Shown one piece after another: positions 52,028-62,483 of a DNA stretch of 64,000 nt. The number at the start of each line of letters is the position of its first letter. Position 1 is the stretch's first letter. The notes under the pieces were generated by a model. The model saw only the letters and a program-made list of their open reading frames with translations, ran no database searches and was not told the origin of the DNA. The DNA lies in the NCBI GenBank assembly GCA_965219415.1, contig OZ244742.1, forward strand, positions 1,184,001-1,248,000. The letters run 5' to 3'. Both the position numbers and the translations under genes were made by a program. The stretch is from Candidatus Marinacidobacterales bacterium (GTDB lineage: Bacteria > Acidobacteriota > Vicinamibacteria > Marinacidobacterales > DATDRI01).

Positions 52028-53479
52028 CTACTGGTCTCCCGTCAGCTCGTACTCGCGCATCTTCGTCAGCAGGGTCCTGCCGCTGACTTGAAGCTTCTCG
52101 GCCGCGTCGGATCGATTGCCGCCCGCGTCTTCGAGGACCCGCCTGATCTTCTCTTTCTCCGCGCAAGCGGCGGCCCGCCGACCGACCTCGCCCAAAGTGC
52201 CGGAAAGATCCAAATCGCTCGGAGGAGGCGGCAGCTTCTCGCTCCGGCCGAAGCCGAGGAGATCCGGCGTGAGCTCTTGGCCGTCGCACAAGATCACCGC
52301 CCGTTCCAGACAATTAGCCAGCTCGCGCACGTTCCCCGGCCAGTCGTGCGAAAGGAGTCGCTCCTTGGTCGCTTCCGGAATGCCCATCGCCGGTTTCCCC
52401 AACTCGCGACAAAATCGCTCCACGTAGTGCTGAGCGAGGAGGGGGATATCGCCACGGCGACTTCGAAGCGGCGGGATGGAGATAGGAAACACTGAGATCC
52501 GAAAGAAGAGATCATCGCGAAAGAGCTTTTCCTCGACCGCCTTTTGCAGATCGCGATTCGTTGCCGAAATGATTCGTACGTCCACCGTGAGCGTGGCCGT
52601 ACCTCCGACGCGTTCGAACGATCGCTCTTGAAGCACGCGAAGTAGCTTCGACTGAAGAGACAGCGGAAGCTCACCGATCTCGTCGAGCAGCACTGTCCCG
52701 TGGTTAGCCATTTCGAGCTTGCCCATCTTGCGACCAGTGGCGCCGGTAAAGGCGCCCTTTTCGTGACCGAACAGCTCGTTCTCCAACAGGTGCTCGGGAA
52801 TGGCGGCACAGTTGATAGCTAGAAAAGGGCCGTCCCGGCGTGGACTCAGATGATGAAGCGCCCGAGCGAAGAGCTCCTTGCCGGTACCGCTTTCTCCCAG
52901 GAGCAAGACGCTCGTATCGGTCGGTGCCGCACGTTGCAGCGCAAGACTAACCTCTTTGAGCGCCGGCCCCTCCCCGACAATTCGCGGAAACCCGTAGCGG
53001 GACGCGTACTCTTCTTTGAGAATAAGATTCTCGATAAGCAGCCGACGCTGGTCGATGGCTCGCTCCATCAAAACCAAGAGATGATCGGTATCTACCGGCT
53101 TCGAGAGGAAATCGAACGCCCCCTCCTTCATCGCGGTGACCGCATCTTCGATCGTGCCGTAGGCGGTCATGACGATCACCGGGAGATTGGTGTCGGCCTC
53201 GCGGGCGGCGCGCAGCACATCCATGCCGCTGCCTCTTGGCAGCCGCAGATCGGTGAGAACGACCGAGACGCGGGAGGAACTGAGGCACCCTCGTGCTTCC
53301 ACGGCGTCACCCGCTTCTTCGACGCTGTAGCCTTTCGACTCGAGTGTGCGCCGCAACATCGTGCGGAGCGAGATTCGGTCCTCGACCACGAGCACGTCGG
53401 CCCCACGCGGCGAAGCATCCGCCGGTGCTCGTTGGGCGCTGCCATCGGGACGTGCCCGCTGGGCCGAAGTGGTGCTCAC
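52028..53479 (-). CDS. sigma54-dependent response regulator (NtrC/PilR-like)
   Basis: Receiver domain, GESGTGKE, GAFTGA, LDEIG, WPGNVREL, Fis-type HTH. Confidence 0.95.
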   Translation of the reverse strand: MSTTSAQRARPDGSAQRAPADASPRGADVLVVEDRISLRTMLRRTLESKGYSVEEAGDAVEARGCLSSSRVSVVLTDLRLPRGSGMDVLRAAREADTNLPVIVMTAYGTIEDAVTAMKEGAFDFLSKPVDTDHLLVLMERAIDQRRLLIENLILKEEYASRYGFPRIVGEGPALKEVSLALQRAAPTDTSVLLLGESGTGKELFARALHHLSPRRDGPFLAINCAAIPEHLLENELFGHEKGAFTGATGRKMGKLEMANHGTVLLDEIGELPLSLQSKLLRVLQERSFERVGGTATLTVDVRIISATNRDLQKAVEEKLFRDDLFFRISVFPISIPPLRSRRGDIPLLAQHYVERFCRELGKPAMGIPEATKERLLSHDWPGNVRELANCLERAVILCDGQELTPDLLGFGRSEKLPPPPSDLDLSGTLGEVGRRAAACAEKEKIRRVLEDAGGNRSDAAEKLQVSGRTLLTKMREYELTGDQ

Positions 53480-53498
53480 CGTCGTTTCCTTGCCAGAG

Positions 53499-54035
53499 CT
53501 AGCGAACCCAGCCTGCTGGCACTCCTGCGCGGCGCGCTTCGTCTTGGATTTGGGCGAGCTCGGAGCGGGCGCCGGCGAGCTGGCTCTCGATCTCCTGTCT
53601 GCCGGAGAGGTTCCGTTGTCCCACCGGATTGACGTCGGTCCGCATGCCCCCGCCCCAATCGTTCTCCGGATTCTGCAGCTTCGACTCGAGGTCTGCTATC
53701 TTCTTCTTCGACTGCGCAACGCGATTCTGCCAGTACTCACGGGTCTTCGTTTCGTCGGCCTCAGACTGGTCTTCGTCACCCGCGCCGCCGGCATCCTCGG
53801 CAACACTGCCCTCGGCGGGCGCAGACTCTGGGAGCGGCGACGACCGTCCCCTGCCCAAGTCCCGCTCCGAGATGACCTTCGAACTTCCCTCAACCCCTGT
53901 CCGGCGTTTCTTCTCCTTGTCGGCTACTTCGACCAAGGATTGCGCATAGGCCGCTCCGGACAACACGCCAACAGACAGGGCCAGAGAAAAGAACCACCGA
54001 AGCCAAGAACTGCCTATCTGTCCTGTTTTATTCAT
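53499..54035 (-). CDS. Exported coiled-coil hypothetical protein ending GVPAGWVR
   Basis: Signal peptide AYA|QSLVEVA; GGAGG RBS. Confidence 0.8.
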   Translation of the reverse strand: MNKTGQIGSSWLRWFFSLALSVGVLSGAAYAQSLVEVADKEKKRRTGVEGSSKVISERDLGRGRSSPLPESAPAEGSVAEDAGGAGDEDQSEADETKTREYWQNRVAQSKKKIADLESKLQNPENDWGGGMRTDVNPVGQRNLSGRQEIESQLAGARSELAQIQDEARRAGVPAGWVR

Positions 54036-54071
54036 GGATTCCTCCCTGTACAATCGTACTCCCCGATAAAT

Positions 54072-55157
54072 TTACGAGCTCCCGCCCGACTTCTTTTGCG
54101 CCTGCCGCTCGGCTAGTGCTGACTTCGCACGCGTGAGCAACTTCTCGATCTTCGGAGCCAACGGGTCGTTGGGCGACAGCCGGACGAAGGCTTCGTACTC
54201 GGATAGGGACTCGGATATCTTGTCCAGGTTCTCGTACGCCTGAGCGAGGGCGAGGCGGAACCCGCCATTCTCCTCATCGAGACGCACCGCCTCCTGGAGA
54301 GGCTCCAGTGACTTGGAAAAGTTTCCAGCGGCGAGCTCGGTAACTCCCAGGGCGTGATGCGCCACCGCGGACTCGGGATTCGTCTCCGCCGCATTACGGA
54401 AGGCCACCGCCGCCTCTTCGACCCGGCCCGCGGTTTTCAAGCTCTCACCCAGCTCCAAGCGCGCAGACAGATTCTCCGGAGACTGCGCGAGTACTTCTTG
54501 CATCCCCAAGATGGCCTCCTCCGTTTTCCCTTCGGCTCGCATCGTCCTCGCCAGCTCGACCCTGGCAGTTTGGTCGGTCGGATTCAACTCGAGATACTGT
54601 TGGAGCACCTGTTCCGCCTGGGCGTCTTGCCCAGACCCCCGCAACATGGCCACCAAATAACGCTGAAAGCTCGGGCTCCCCGGAACGAGCTCGAAAGCAG
54701 CCTGCATGGCCTCGGTAGCTGCCTCGGGATCGCCCAAGTTGTGGTAAGCGAGCCCCAGGTACATGTGACCGAAGGGGTTATCCGGGGCTTCGTCGACGAA
54801 CCGCCCTAGGTGATCGACCGCTGCCGCATAATCTCCATTGCGAAACGCTTGCAGGCCCTCTCGCGTCGAGAGCTTTGCGAGGCCGGCGTCAAATGGGCGG
54901 CCCTCAGGAGGAGCCACGCTTGTTACGGCCGCGCTACCCCCTGCTGCCTCACGAGTCGTCGCGGGAGCCGGTCGGGGACTCATCCTCTGCCAGATGACGA
55001 AAATCGCCGCGCCTGCAAGCACGACGACCAGCAAAGGAACGAGGAATCGGAGCGGTGAGGGTTGGAAGTCATGGGCAAACTCCAACGGCTCGGAACAACG
55101 GACGCAGTACTCGAAATCGTCCTTGTTCTTGGCTCCACAATACGGGCAACGTATCAT
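54072..55157 (-). CDS. Zinc-ribbon, TM, TPR protein (paralog of 49460-50599)
   Basis: CPYC...CVRC, TM, TPRs, shared AYENLD.I..SL.EY.AFV.L.PNDP and ALAERQA. Confidence 0.85.
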   Translation of the reverse strand: MIRCPYCGAKNKDDFEYCVRCSEPLEFAHDFQPSPLRFLVPLLVVVLAGAAIFVIWQRMSPRPAPATTREAAGGSAAVTSVAPPEGRPFDAGLAKLSTREGLQAFRNGDYAAAVDHLGRFVDEAPDNPFGHMYLGLAYHNLGDPEAATEAMQAAFELVPGSPSFQRYLVAMLRGSGQDAQAEQVLQQYLELNPTDQTARVELARTMRAEGKTEEAILGMQEVLAQSPENLSARLELGESLKTAGRVEEAAVAFRNAAETNPESAVAHHALGVTELAAGNFSKSLEPLQEAVRLDEENGGFRLALAQAYENLDKISESLSEYEAFVRLSPNDPLAPKIEKLLTRAKSALAERQAQKKSGGSS

Positions 55158-55288
55158 CAGCCTTCTCCCGGGCCCGAGGGCATCAGGTTGTGTTCAAGTA
55201 CTTTCGGGCGATTTAGATGCCTCCATGCTATCCCATTTAGGGCCGGGTGCTCAACCTCCGTCTCCTGCCGACCGGTCGGGTCTATCTT

Positions 55289-55315
55289 TGACTTCAGTGA
55301 CTTCAGTGACTTCAT
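55289..55315. repeat. 9-bp tandem repeat, 3 copies
   Basis: TGACTTCAG TGACTTCAG TGACTTCAT, intergenic. Confidence 0.7.
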
Positions 55316-55457
55316 TCGTTTCGGTCTTGAGTTTCGAGGAATCGAATCCGAGCCAATGCAAACAAGGCTGCCGGGCTTTCCAACCCGACAGCCTTAAGAA
55401 TTATCAGTGTCAATGGGGTCCCTGGACCCTGAAACCGTACCTACCGGGCTCGCGCCT

Positions 55458-56300
55458 CTATTGAACGTTGGCCGTAGTATTTGAGGCCTGCGCAGCATCA
55501 GAGCCCTGGATCGCATCGGTATCCGAGCCTTTGGTCACGTCCGCATACCGATCTCCCGAAGCCCCGCTGGACGGAATCCGAACTGTCATCTCGAGCCGCC
55601 TCAGGGAACCCGGCTGACCGGCTTGCGCACCCTGCCAGTTGGGGGCCGTCCCTTCGGCCGTGAGAATGACCCGATCGTGGGCGACTCCCTCAGCGATGGC
55701 GCCGTCGTAGCCGTAGTCCTGGTCGCCGGCCAGCGGCCTGCGTACCCACAACGTCACCGTCCCCTCGATGTCGATGTTACCGTCCTCATCGATGTCGCCG
55801 CGGATTCCATTGCCCGGATCCCGAAAGTCGAACTGGATGGGATCCGTCGAAACCGGGTCACGAAGCACCCGACCGATGTAGATCCTCACGTTCACGTCCC
55901 GATCGATGAAGTACTGATAGTCTCGACAGCCCGCGACGGACGCATCTCCGCAGTCGACGCCTGCCTCGATTGGCGGGGCGTTCATCAGTATCGGTCCGCC
56001 CGGTCCGCGCGGAGGAGGCAGCGCGTTGACAAAATCCCCGTCGAGGACCGCGTAGGAGGCGAGGACGTTCTTCCCGTACTCAAGGGCCGCATCCGCATTG
56101 AAAAACGCCATCTCCCCATAGCGATAGTTGACGCTGATGTCGGTCTCGGTCGTGGTCGTCAGCATCAACGCCAATCCGAGGACGGAGAGAACGAACAGGA
56201 CCAGAATGGAGATCACGAAGGCGGAGCCACGTTCTCCAGATCTGACCTGCGTCTTAGCGCTTGCTCCTGAAGCTGCGTTTTTTAGAGTTGGTCTATGCAT
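55458..56300 (-). CDS. PilX-like minor pilin
   Basis: ERG|SAFVISILVLFVL (no Glu5), AFFNADAALE. Confidence 0.82.
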   Translation of the reverse strand: MHRPTLKNAASGASAKTQVRSGERGSAFVISILVLFVLSVLGLALMLTTTTETDISVNYRYGEMAFFNADAALEYGKNVLASYAVLDGDFVNALPPPRGPGGPILMNAPPIEAGVDCGDASVAGCRDYQYFIDRDVNVRIYIGRVLRDPVSTDPIQFDFRDPGNGIRGDIDEDGNIDIEGTVTLWVRRPLAGDQDYGYDGAIAEGVAHDRVILTAEGTAPNWQGAQAGQPGSLRRLEMTVRIPSSGASGDRYADVTKGSDTDAIQGSDAAQASNTTANVQ

Positions 56301-56331
56301 CTTCTTCTCCAAACGCTGGTGCTCTCAAGTC

Positions 56332-56865
56332 TCATCCCACGTTGGCGGTACGGAAAGTCACCAAACGTGCGTCGCCGACTCCCAGATAGATGCCGGACTC
56401 GCTGGAGGGTAGGCAACGAACGGCAATCCGCAGCATGGCGAGAGGCATGTCGGGATCGTTGGGGTCGATGATTCGCGTGATCTGCCAACGCACAACGAAG
56501 AGCGCCTGGTTTGCCGCGCCCACCGGCTGGCCGTCCCCGTTATAGAACTGGAAGAAGCCCGCATCGTTGGTGTCGAGATCGCCACCCGACGCGAGCGCCG
56601 CGTTCATGCTGGCGATGCTCGGGTTGGCCGGGTTGGTGTAGAAAGGCGCCGCCTTGAGCAACTCGAGCTGCTGTTTTGCCAATGCCGCGGAGGCGGTCAT
56701 CCGGCCGGCCAGGGCGTTGGCATTCGTCGCCACGACCATCATCTGCGCGAGGGAGAGAAGGCCAACCGTGAGGATCACGATCGCGATCATGACCTCGATG
56801 AGGGAGACGCCTCCTCGGCTCTTGTCGCTCTTCTGAGTTTTTCTTGTCTCGTTCTTTTTGATCAT
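56332..56865 (-). CDS. PilV-like minor pilin
   Basis: GG|VSLIEVMIAIVIL, ALAKQQLELL. Confidence 0.85.
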   Translation of the reverse strand: MIKKNETRKTQKSDKSRGGVSLIEVMIAIVILTVGLLSLAQMMVVATNANALAGRMTASAALAKQQLELLKAAPFYTNPANPSIASMNAALASGGDLDTNDAGFFQFYNGDGQPVGAANQALFVVRWQITRIIDPNDPDMPLAMLRIAVRCLPSSESGIYLGVGDARLVTFRTANVG

Positions 56866-57494
56866 GGTACCTCTACTCGTACGCGCCCGTTTCGGCTAAC
56901 TCGGATGTCCCGAACGAAGTCGAAACGAGGATACCGGATGGTCATCACCCAATCGAGCCCATCCTGCCTGATGAGTGCGTTACCGGAGGCGCCTGCGGTC
57001 ACCGCTTCGACCGCACCGTTGGAACGAAACAGCAAGGCGTTCCACGTCCCGCCCGTCTCATCGAACACGATATCTTGCGGCAAGTTGACGATGTTGCCGT
57101 GGGGCGGCGATACGTTGTCACCCACTGCAGGCGCGACACCGTAGTTACGGTCGTTGGGATCGAAAACCGCGCTAGCGCCGGGCCCCGGATAGACGCCGCC
57201 GTATGCGCCCATCGTTACGGGATCTTGGTCTAGGGTTGTGAATTGGAACTGCCCTGGTGCCGGGTAATCGAAGTTGAGGATCAGACCGTTGCGCGAGTTC
57301 CGCTTGACGGCTTGTGACCGCGACTGCTGCATCAGCGATGCGACGCCTTGCGCCGCGGCGGTCATCTGGTAGTGGCGGATATAGTTGAGACCGTACGGGA
57401 TCGCCGTGGCAGCGAGAATGGCTCCGACCGCCATGACCACCAGGAGCTCCACGAGTGAGAAACCGCGCGATGCTTCCTTTCTGAATATCAACAC
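56862..57494 (-). CDS. FimT/FimU (GspH-like) minor pilin
   Basis: RG|FSLVELLVV, SRSQAVKRN, FRSNG, VSRNGRV; GGAGGAGG RBS before GTG. Confidence 0.85.
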   Translation of the reverse strand: MLIFRKEASRGFSLVELLVVMAVGAILAATAIPYGLNYIRHYQMTAAAQGVASLMQQSRSQAVKRNSRNGLILNFDYPAPGQFQFTTLDQDPVTMGAYGGVYPGPGASAVFDPNDRNYGVAPAVGDNVSPPHGNIVNLPQDIVFDETGGTWNALLFRSNGAVEAVTAGASGNALIRQDGLDWVMTIRYPRFDFVRDIRVSRNGRVRVEVP

Positions 57495-58150
57495 GTCCTC
57501 CTCCTTACTCCGATTGAAGGGGTTGTGCGGAGAAAACACACCGCCCCGGATCGGCGCAAGACTCGGGCCAGGGTAGGCGGGTCTCAACCAACCCCATAAC
57601 CGCATATCCTGGAACGAGTTGCGCATGGCCTACACCAACTTCGCTCACTGAATGCGTTACCTTTGGTAACAGGGCTGAAATCGTGACACCCGATGCTACC
57701 TTTTGTGTGCCACTATTTGTAACCGCTAGATCCAGCACGGCGAAACGTCCTCAAGGGCGCGATGCACTACGCCCTAGTTCGGTTGGGAAATTGTACGAAG
57801 TACATTCTTCCTTCAGCGCAAAGGCCGATCCAATTGGCGGATCGTTGGAGACATACCTTCAACCAACTAAAAATATTGAGCTTGTCGTCTGGACGGAACC
57901 TCACTCCCTTGAATTTGAAGGATGGGCGTGTCACCGTTCGTAACAAAATCGGGACCGGGGGCCGCATGTCGCGCGTCCGCTCTGAATACGGAGACAAAAC
58001 GGCAGACGGGTCAAGGACCTCCGCGTACGGGAAAAAGGGCTCGATGTGTTGACAGTGTTCAACCTGCATGGGATCATGGCGAACACCAATTCCCAGAGCT
58101 CATAACAAGATCCGTTTTTCGCTCGAGAGCGAAACTCCCCTTTCACAAAT

Positions 58151-60334
58151 ATGAAGGTCGTAACCGAAAACAACGCTGCCAACTCGAGAGCAGATAGCTC
58201 TCCGCCCGCTTCAGCGCGTTGGGCGTGGCAACGATGGGCCTTTTTCGCAGCGTTGCTGCCGCTGGTTCTTGCGTCTTATGGGCTCAGCTCGCTTCTCACT
58301 CTTCCGCTGCTAGCGATCGTCTTCGTGCTAGGGCTTGGCCTCATGGCTCGGGCTCCGGATTGGCCCAGCCGTTTACTGGCTCTCGACCTCTCCATCATAC
58401 TCGCTACCGGCGTCTTGGGCGTTTACTCGATTAGCGTGGGAGAGCCAACCGGCCTGAACTTCGGTTTGGTTCTCGCAATACTTCTCGTCCTCGGCACATT
58501 TGCGTTTACCATTTACCTGGAAAAGGAGAACCCGAAGAGGGCGCCCTCGCAACGGCCGCGCCTTCGCTGGCACCATGCCCTATCCTTCGCGGTCCTGACG
58601 CTAGGAATAACCCTCGCCATTTCCAGCTGGGCATTCGGCCTCTCCGCCAACGTGACACCGTACACATGGCTGGCCTCGAGTTTCAGTTTCTGGCCGGTGC
58701 TCGTTTTTTCCTTGGCCTGTGTCATGACTGGACGACTCGGTTGGATCTTCGCATTGGTGTCCCTGGCAATTTTGGAGATCGCAACTATCTGGTACGTGGC
58801 CTCGACCGAAGTCGTTGTTTACCAGGATCACCCACTGCTTTGGGAAGAGCTCCGAAGCCGGCTCCGCGATCCGGGAAGCTGGGACATCCTCGTGGAGGGC
58901 CTCTTCTCCGTGCCGACGCTCGTGCTTACGCTGGCCATCTTCGGAGGATTCCCGATCCTCACGCACACCCTTGGGAAGCTGAATCGAGGAAGCTCCCTTC
59001 TCACGTTCGTACGGGTGCTCGCGATCGTCTTGGTGAGTGGCTCCCTTTTCGTCCAACAACGAGAAGTAGTCAACCCGAGCCGGGCCGAGCGTTACCTCGT
59101 GAACTCGTCGGCGCCGTGGGCAGCCGTCCACGATCGAACGCGCAAGCCACGCACCATTGACTGGGAGCAGGCCGCCCAATCGAGAACCCGTTTGGAATCA
59201 CCGATCTGGGAGACCGGGCCGGCCGCACCGTTGGACTCTCTTGCCGGCCGCTATCAGGGGCGTTCGATTGTTTTCCTGCTCATGGAGTCACAAGCTTCCA
59301 CACACATTGCCGGGCTCGGCGAGGGTGCATTCGCTCACCAGCCGAGCGCACCCCATTTTTCGCGAATGATGAGCGAGGGGCTTGTCTTTACCAACTACTT
59401 CGCGGCCGGCTTCGATACCCGTTCCGCTCTGTGGACTGTTGTCACGGGGTTGCAGTTGCCGATGGGCCAACCGGCAGGAGTGCAAAGGGCCCCCGAGGCG
59501 GCACGCGTGGGACGTATGCCCGACTTCAAGGCGCTCGGCTACCGATGCGACTGGCTGTACGCGGGCTCCCCACGTTTCGACAACTGGGACCTACTCATGA
59601 CCGGAGCGGGCGTGCGTTGGTGGATCGACGCGTCCGAAACGCACGATGTTTCCCGCGACTATTGGTCCTCCTGGGGAATGCCTGACCACGCACTCTACCG
59701 CATCGCGGGCGACCGATACCTAAGCTCTGTGGAAGAGGACGAGCCGACGTTCATCGGTGTCCTCACCATCAGCAACCATACACCGTATAACTTCCCGGAG
59801 ACCGTCAACGGTCAACGTCTCGCGATGGACCACGTCGGCGGGACCACGTATGCCGATCACGCCATGAACGGGCTGGTCACCACGCTTAGAGCCGATAACC
59901 GTCCGATCGTCTTCGTGACCTCCGACACGAGTTATATCGAGAACCTTCGGCAAGTAGAGCCCTGGGGAATCCTGGCGCTCGAGGGATTACGCATACCCGG
60001 CCTATTGTTGTTGCCCGACGACTTCCTTGCCGGTCAACGTTTCGAAGGGATCTTCTCTCACGAAGACATTCTGGACTTGCTCTACATGATGGTCGCGCCG
60101 GAGAACGAGACGCAAGGTGGGAAATTCCTGAGCCATCGTAGGACGGTCGGCTTCGCGAACTCCTATCAAGGACTCACCCGAAACACCTACGTTGCTTCCC
60201 CGGATCGGTGGTTCGAGATCGTGAGCGATTGGGGCGTGAGTAAGACCGAGCAACCACCCGAGCGGGAGCGAGTAGAAAAAGCGTTCGAACAGTTTCGAAG
60301 AACCAATGCTCTACTGTGGCCGGCGCCACCGTAA
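58151..60334 (+). CDS. LTA synthase / sulfatase-like membrane phosphotransferase
   Basis: Multi-TM N-terminus, LLMES, Thr in FDTRSA, SNHTPY, YADH. Confidence 0.8.
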   Translation: MKVVTENNAANSRADSSPPASARWAWQRWAFFAALLPLVLASYGLSSLLTLPLLAIVFVLGLGLMARAPDWPSRLLALDLSIILATGVLGVYSISVGEPTGLNFGLVLAILLVLGTFAFTIYLEKENPKRAPSQRPRLRWHHALSFAVLTLGITLAISSWAFGLSANVTPYTWLASSFSFWPVLVFSLACVMTGRLGWIFALVSLAILEIATIWYVASTEVVVYQDHPLLWEELRSRLRDPGSWDILVEGLFSVPTLVLTLAIFGGFPILTHTLGKLNRGSSLLTFVRVLAIVLVSGSLFVQQREVVNPSRAERYLVNSSAPWAAVHDRTRKPRTIDWEQAAQSRTRLESPIWETGPAAPLDSLAGRYQGRSIVFLLMESQASTHIAGLGEGAFAHQPSAPHFSRMMSEGLVFTNYFAAGFDTRSALWTVVTGLQLPMGQPAGVQRAPEAARVGRMPDFKALGYRCDWLYAGSPRFDNWDLLMTGAGVRWWIDASETHDVSRDYWSSWGMPDHALYRIAGDRYLSSVEEDEPTFIGVLTISNHTPYNFPETVNGQRLAMDHVGGTTYADHAMNGLVTTLRADNRPIVFVTSDTSYIENLRQVEPWGILALEGLRIPGLLLLPDDFLAGQRFEGIFSHEDILDLLYMMVAPENETQGGKFLSHRRTVGFANSYQGLTRNTYVASPDRWFEIVSDWGVSKTEQPPERERVEKAFEQFRRTNALLWPAPP

Positions 60335-60344
60335 TGAACTGCGT

Positions 60345-62403
60345 CTATTGATTGATGTAGCCCAGGCTCTTCAGAATCTCCCGGTCGTGCGCGTCGACTG
60401 GCTCGTCCGAGCCGCCCCCTTGCTTCCCGCGGATTTCGGCGAGGGCTCGCCTTTCCTCGTTGGGAATGAGCGCCGCCAGCTGCTTGCGTAGGGTCGTGAG
60501 AGTTTCCCTCTGACTCTCATCGGTTACCAAATCGCGCGCCTCCTCCGGATCCGCAATGACATCGTATAGTTCGAAGCGTGGTCCATCCAGTTCCGGAGTG
60601 AGAATCAGTTTGAAACGACCGTCGCGGACCGCTCTCAGCTTTCCGACCACACCGTGGTAGGGGCGCAGGGCGTTGGCTTCCATCATCTTGACGTCCGACT
60701 CTAGAAAGGCCCCGCGGGATCGGTCCTCGCGCCCCCCCCAAAATCCAGCCAAGGTTCGCCCGTCCATCTCGCTAGGGTTCCGAATTCGGGCCAGTCCGAG
60801 AAGCGTAGGCGCCACGTCGATGGAACGAACCTGATGGGATACGGTCAAGCCCTCGGGGAGTTTCTTCGGCCAGCTCAAGATCAGGGGAATCCGCACCGAG
60901 CTCTCGTAGAGGAACGCTCCATGGTGGAAGTAGTAGTTGTGCTCCCCGAGCGAGTGACCGTGATCGGCGGTGAACATGACGATGGTGTCATCCCGGAAAC
61001 CGGCTCGTTCCAGTTCTTCGAGTAGCCGACCTACCTCCCCCATGGTGTCGTCGATCTCACCCCGGTAGAGTCTCCGCGCTCCTTCGTTTTCTTCCTCGGT
61101 GAGGGGGTTGTCGAACGTTAGTTCTCCTTGTGTGATCCCAGAAAGTGCGGGGAAGTTCACTTTGCTGGTTGCACCGGACGGAGAGTCGTAGCGCTTCTCC
61201 AGTTCGGGAGGAGGCAGATAGGGCCAATGCGGTTCGAAGTAGTGCGCGTAAAGGAAGAACGGCTGCTGCCGTATGCTGTGCAAGTAGCGCGAGGCGGAGT
61301 CGGTCACCGCGCGCGCCTGCGCCTGATAGACCTTAGGGGTTTTCGCGGAAGGCGTCTCGATTCGCTTTACCGTCACGCGGTCGGCGAGCACGAACCAGCT
61401 AACGTAGCGAAGGCCGCCGCCGTACTTTTCACCGAGCTCGTAGGTCGAATAGTAGCGCTCGAATCCTTGGCCAAAACCGCGTTCCTTGGACAACCAGGGA
61501 TTGTTCACGAAGGCGGCAGTACGGTATCCGGCCTCTTTGAACAATCTCACCACGCTCGGCTGGTTCTCCTTGAGCTCATCGTGAAGGGTACGCAGTCCGT
61601 GATGGATTGGATAGCGACCGGTGAAGAACGAAGCGACCGACTGTGGGGTCTTCGGTATGACCGTTACCGCATCCTCGAACAGGACTCCCTCGGCGGCGAG
61701 GTTCTCAATCGCGGGCGTCTGGGCGAAGCTACCGAAAGGGCTGACGTGATCGCGACGGGTGGTGTCGATCAAAATCCACAAAACGTTCGGCTTATCGGAG
61801 GAGCCCGTTCCGGTGAAGGCTCCCCAAATCGCGATCGAGACCACGCATCCCAAGGTCCCCACCGCCACCGCGCGTGGCCAGCGAAAGAAGACCAGGGAGA
61901 CCATCAACGCCAGCGCCGCGCTCGTGGCGTAGAGCCAAGCCTGCTCGCCAAGCGGATACGCGAAGTCCGGCACTCTCCCCCACAACGAGAATGTCGATGG
62001 GATAAAGAGGGCGAAGCCAACGAGGACCATGCGAAACGAACCGCTCAACCGTGTCCAAATGGATCGCGGTACCAGCCACATCGCAAGCAAAGTCGCGAGC
62101 AGCAGCTCAAAGGGCCCAGTTTCTCCAAGCAGCATCCAGCGCGCGAGGAGGGCGACCAGGGCCCACACGGTAAAGACGCCTCGGAAAAGCGGGAAGGGCT
62201 CGCGGAAAACGCGAACGAAGATCACTCCGAGCAACATCCAGACCCCGATGTGCAGTCCAGCAACCCAGGCCACGGTGCCCAAAGCTTCGAGGACGTTGGT
62301 CGAGGTCCACTCGCCCATCAGCACATCCCAAACGGGCGATGTGAATGCCCTCGAACAAGCCGACGACGACCGCGGCTTTGAAAAGCGGTAACAAGCTCTT
62401 CAT
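60345..62403 (-). pseudogene. Membrane-anchored sulfatase-like hydrolase/transferase; frameshift near 62325 (long ORF 60345-62324)
   Basis: PNVLWILIDT, KTPQSVASFFTG, HYFEPHWPY, TADHG, LKSLGYI; N-terminal MKSLLPLF segment in another frame. Confidence 0.8.
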
Positions 62404-62483
62404 TAGTCTTTCCGATTGCTTGAAAGGGAGTGGGTTAAGTTGGATCTCATGTTAGCACGATCGGTGAGACTTCGCCCGTGGGG

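Noticed and set aside
57695-57712. TGGCAC on the minus strand as a sigma54 promoter
   Set aside because: The downstream GC is 3 nt too far for GG-N10-GC spacing
61128-62381. Long antisense ORFs (also 16303-17187, 34678-35451, 52850-53632)
   Set aside because: Shadows of real genes in GC-rich DNA with no motifs
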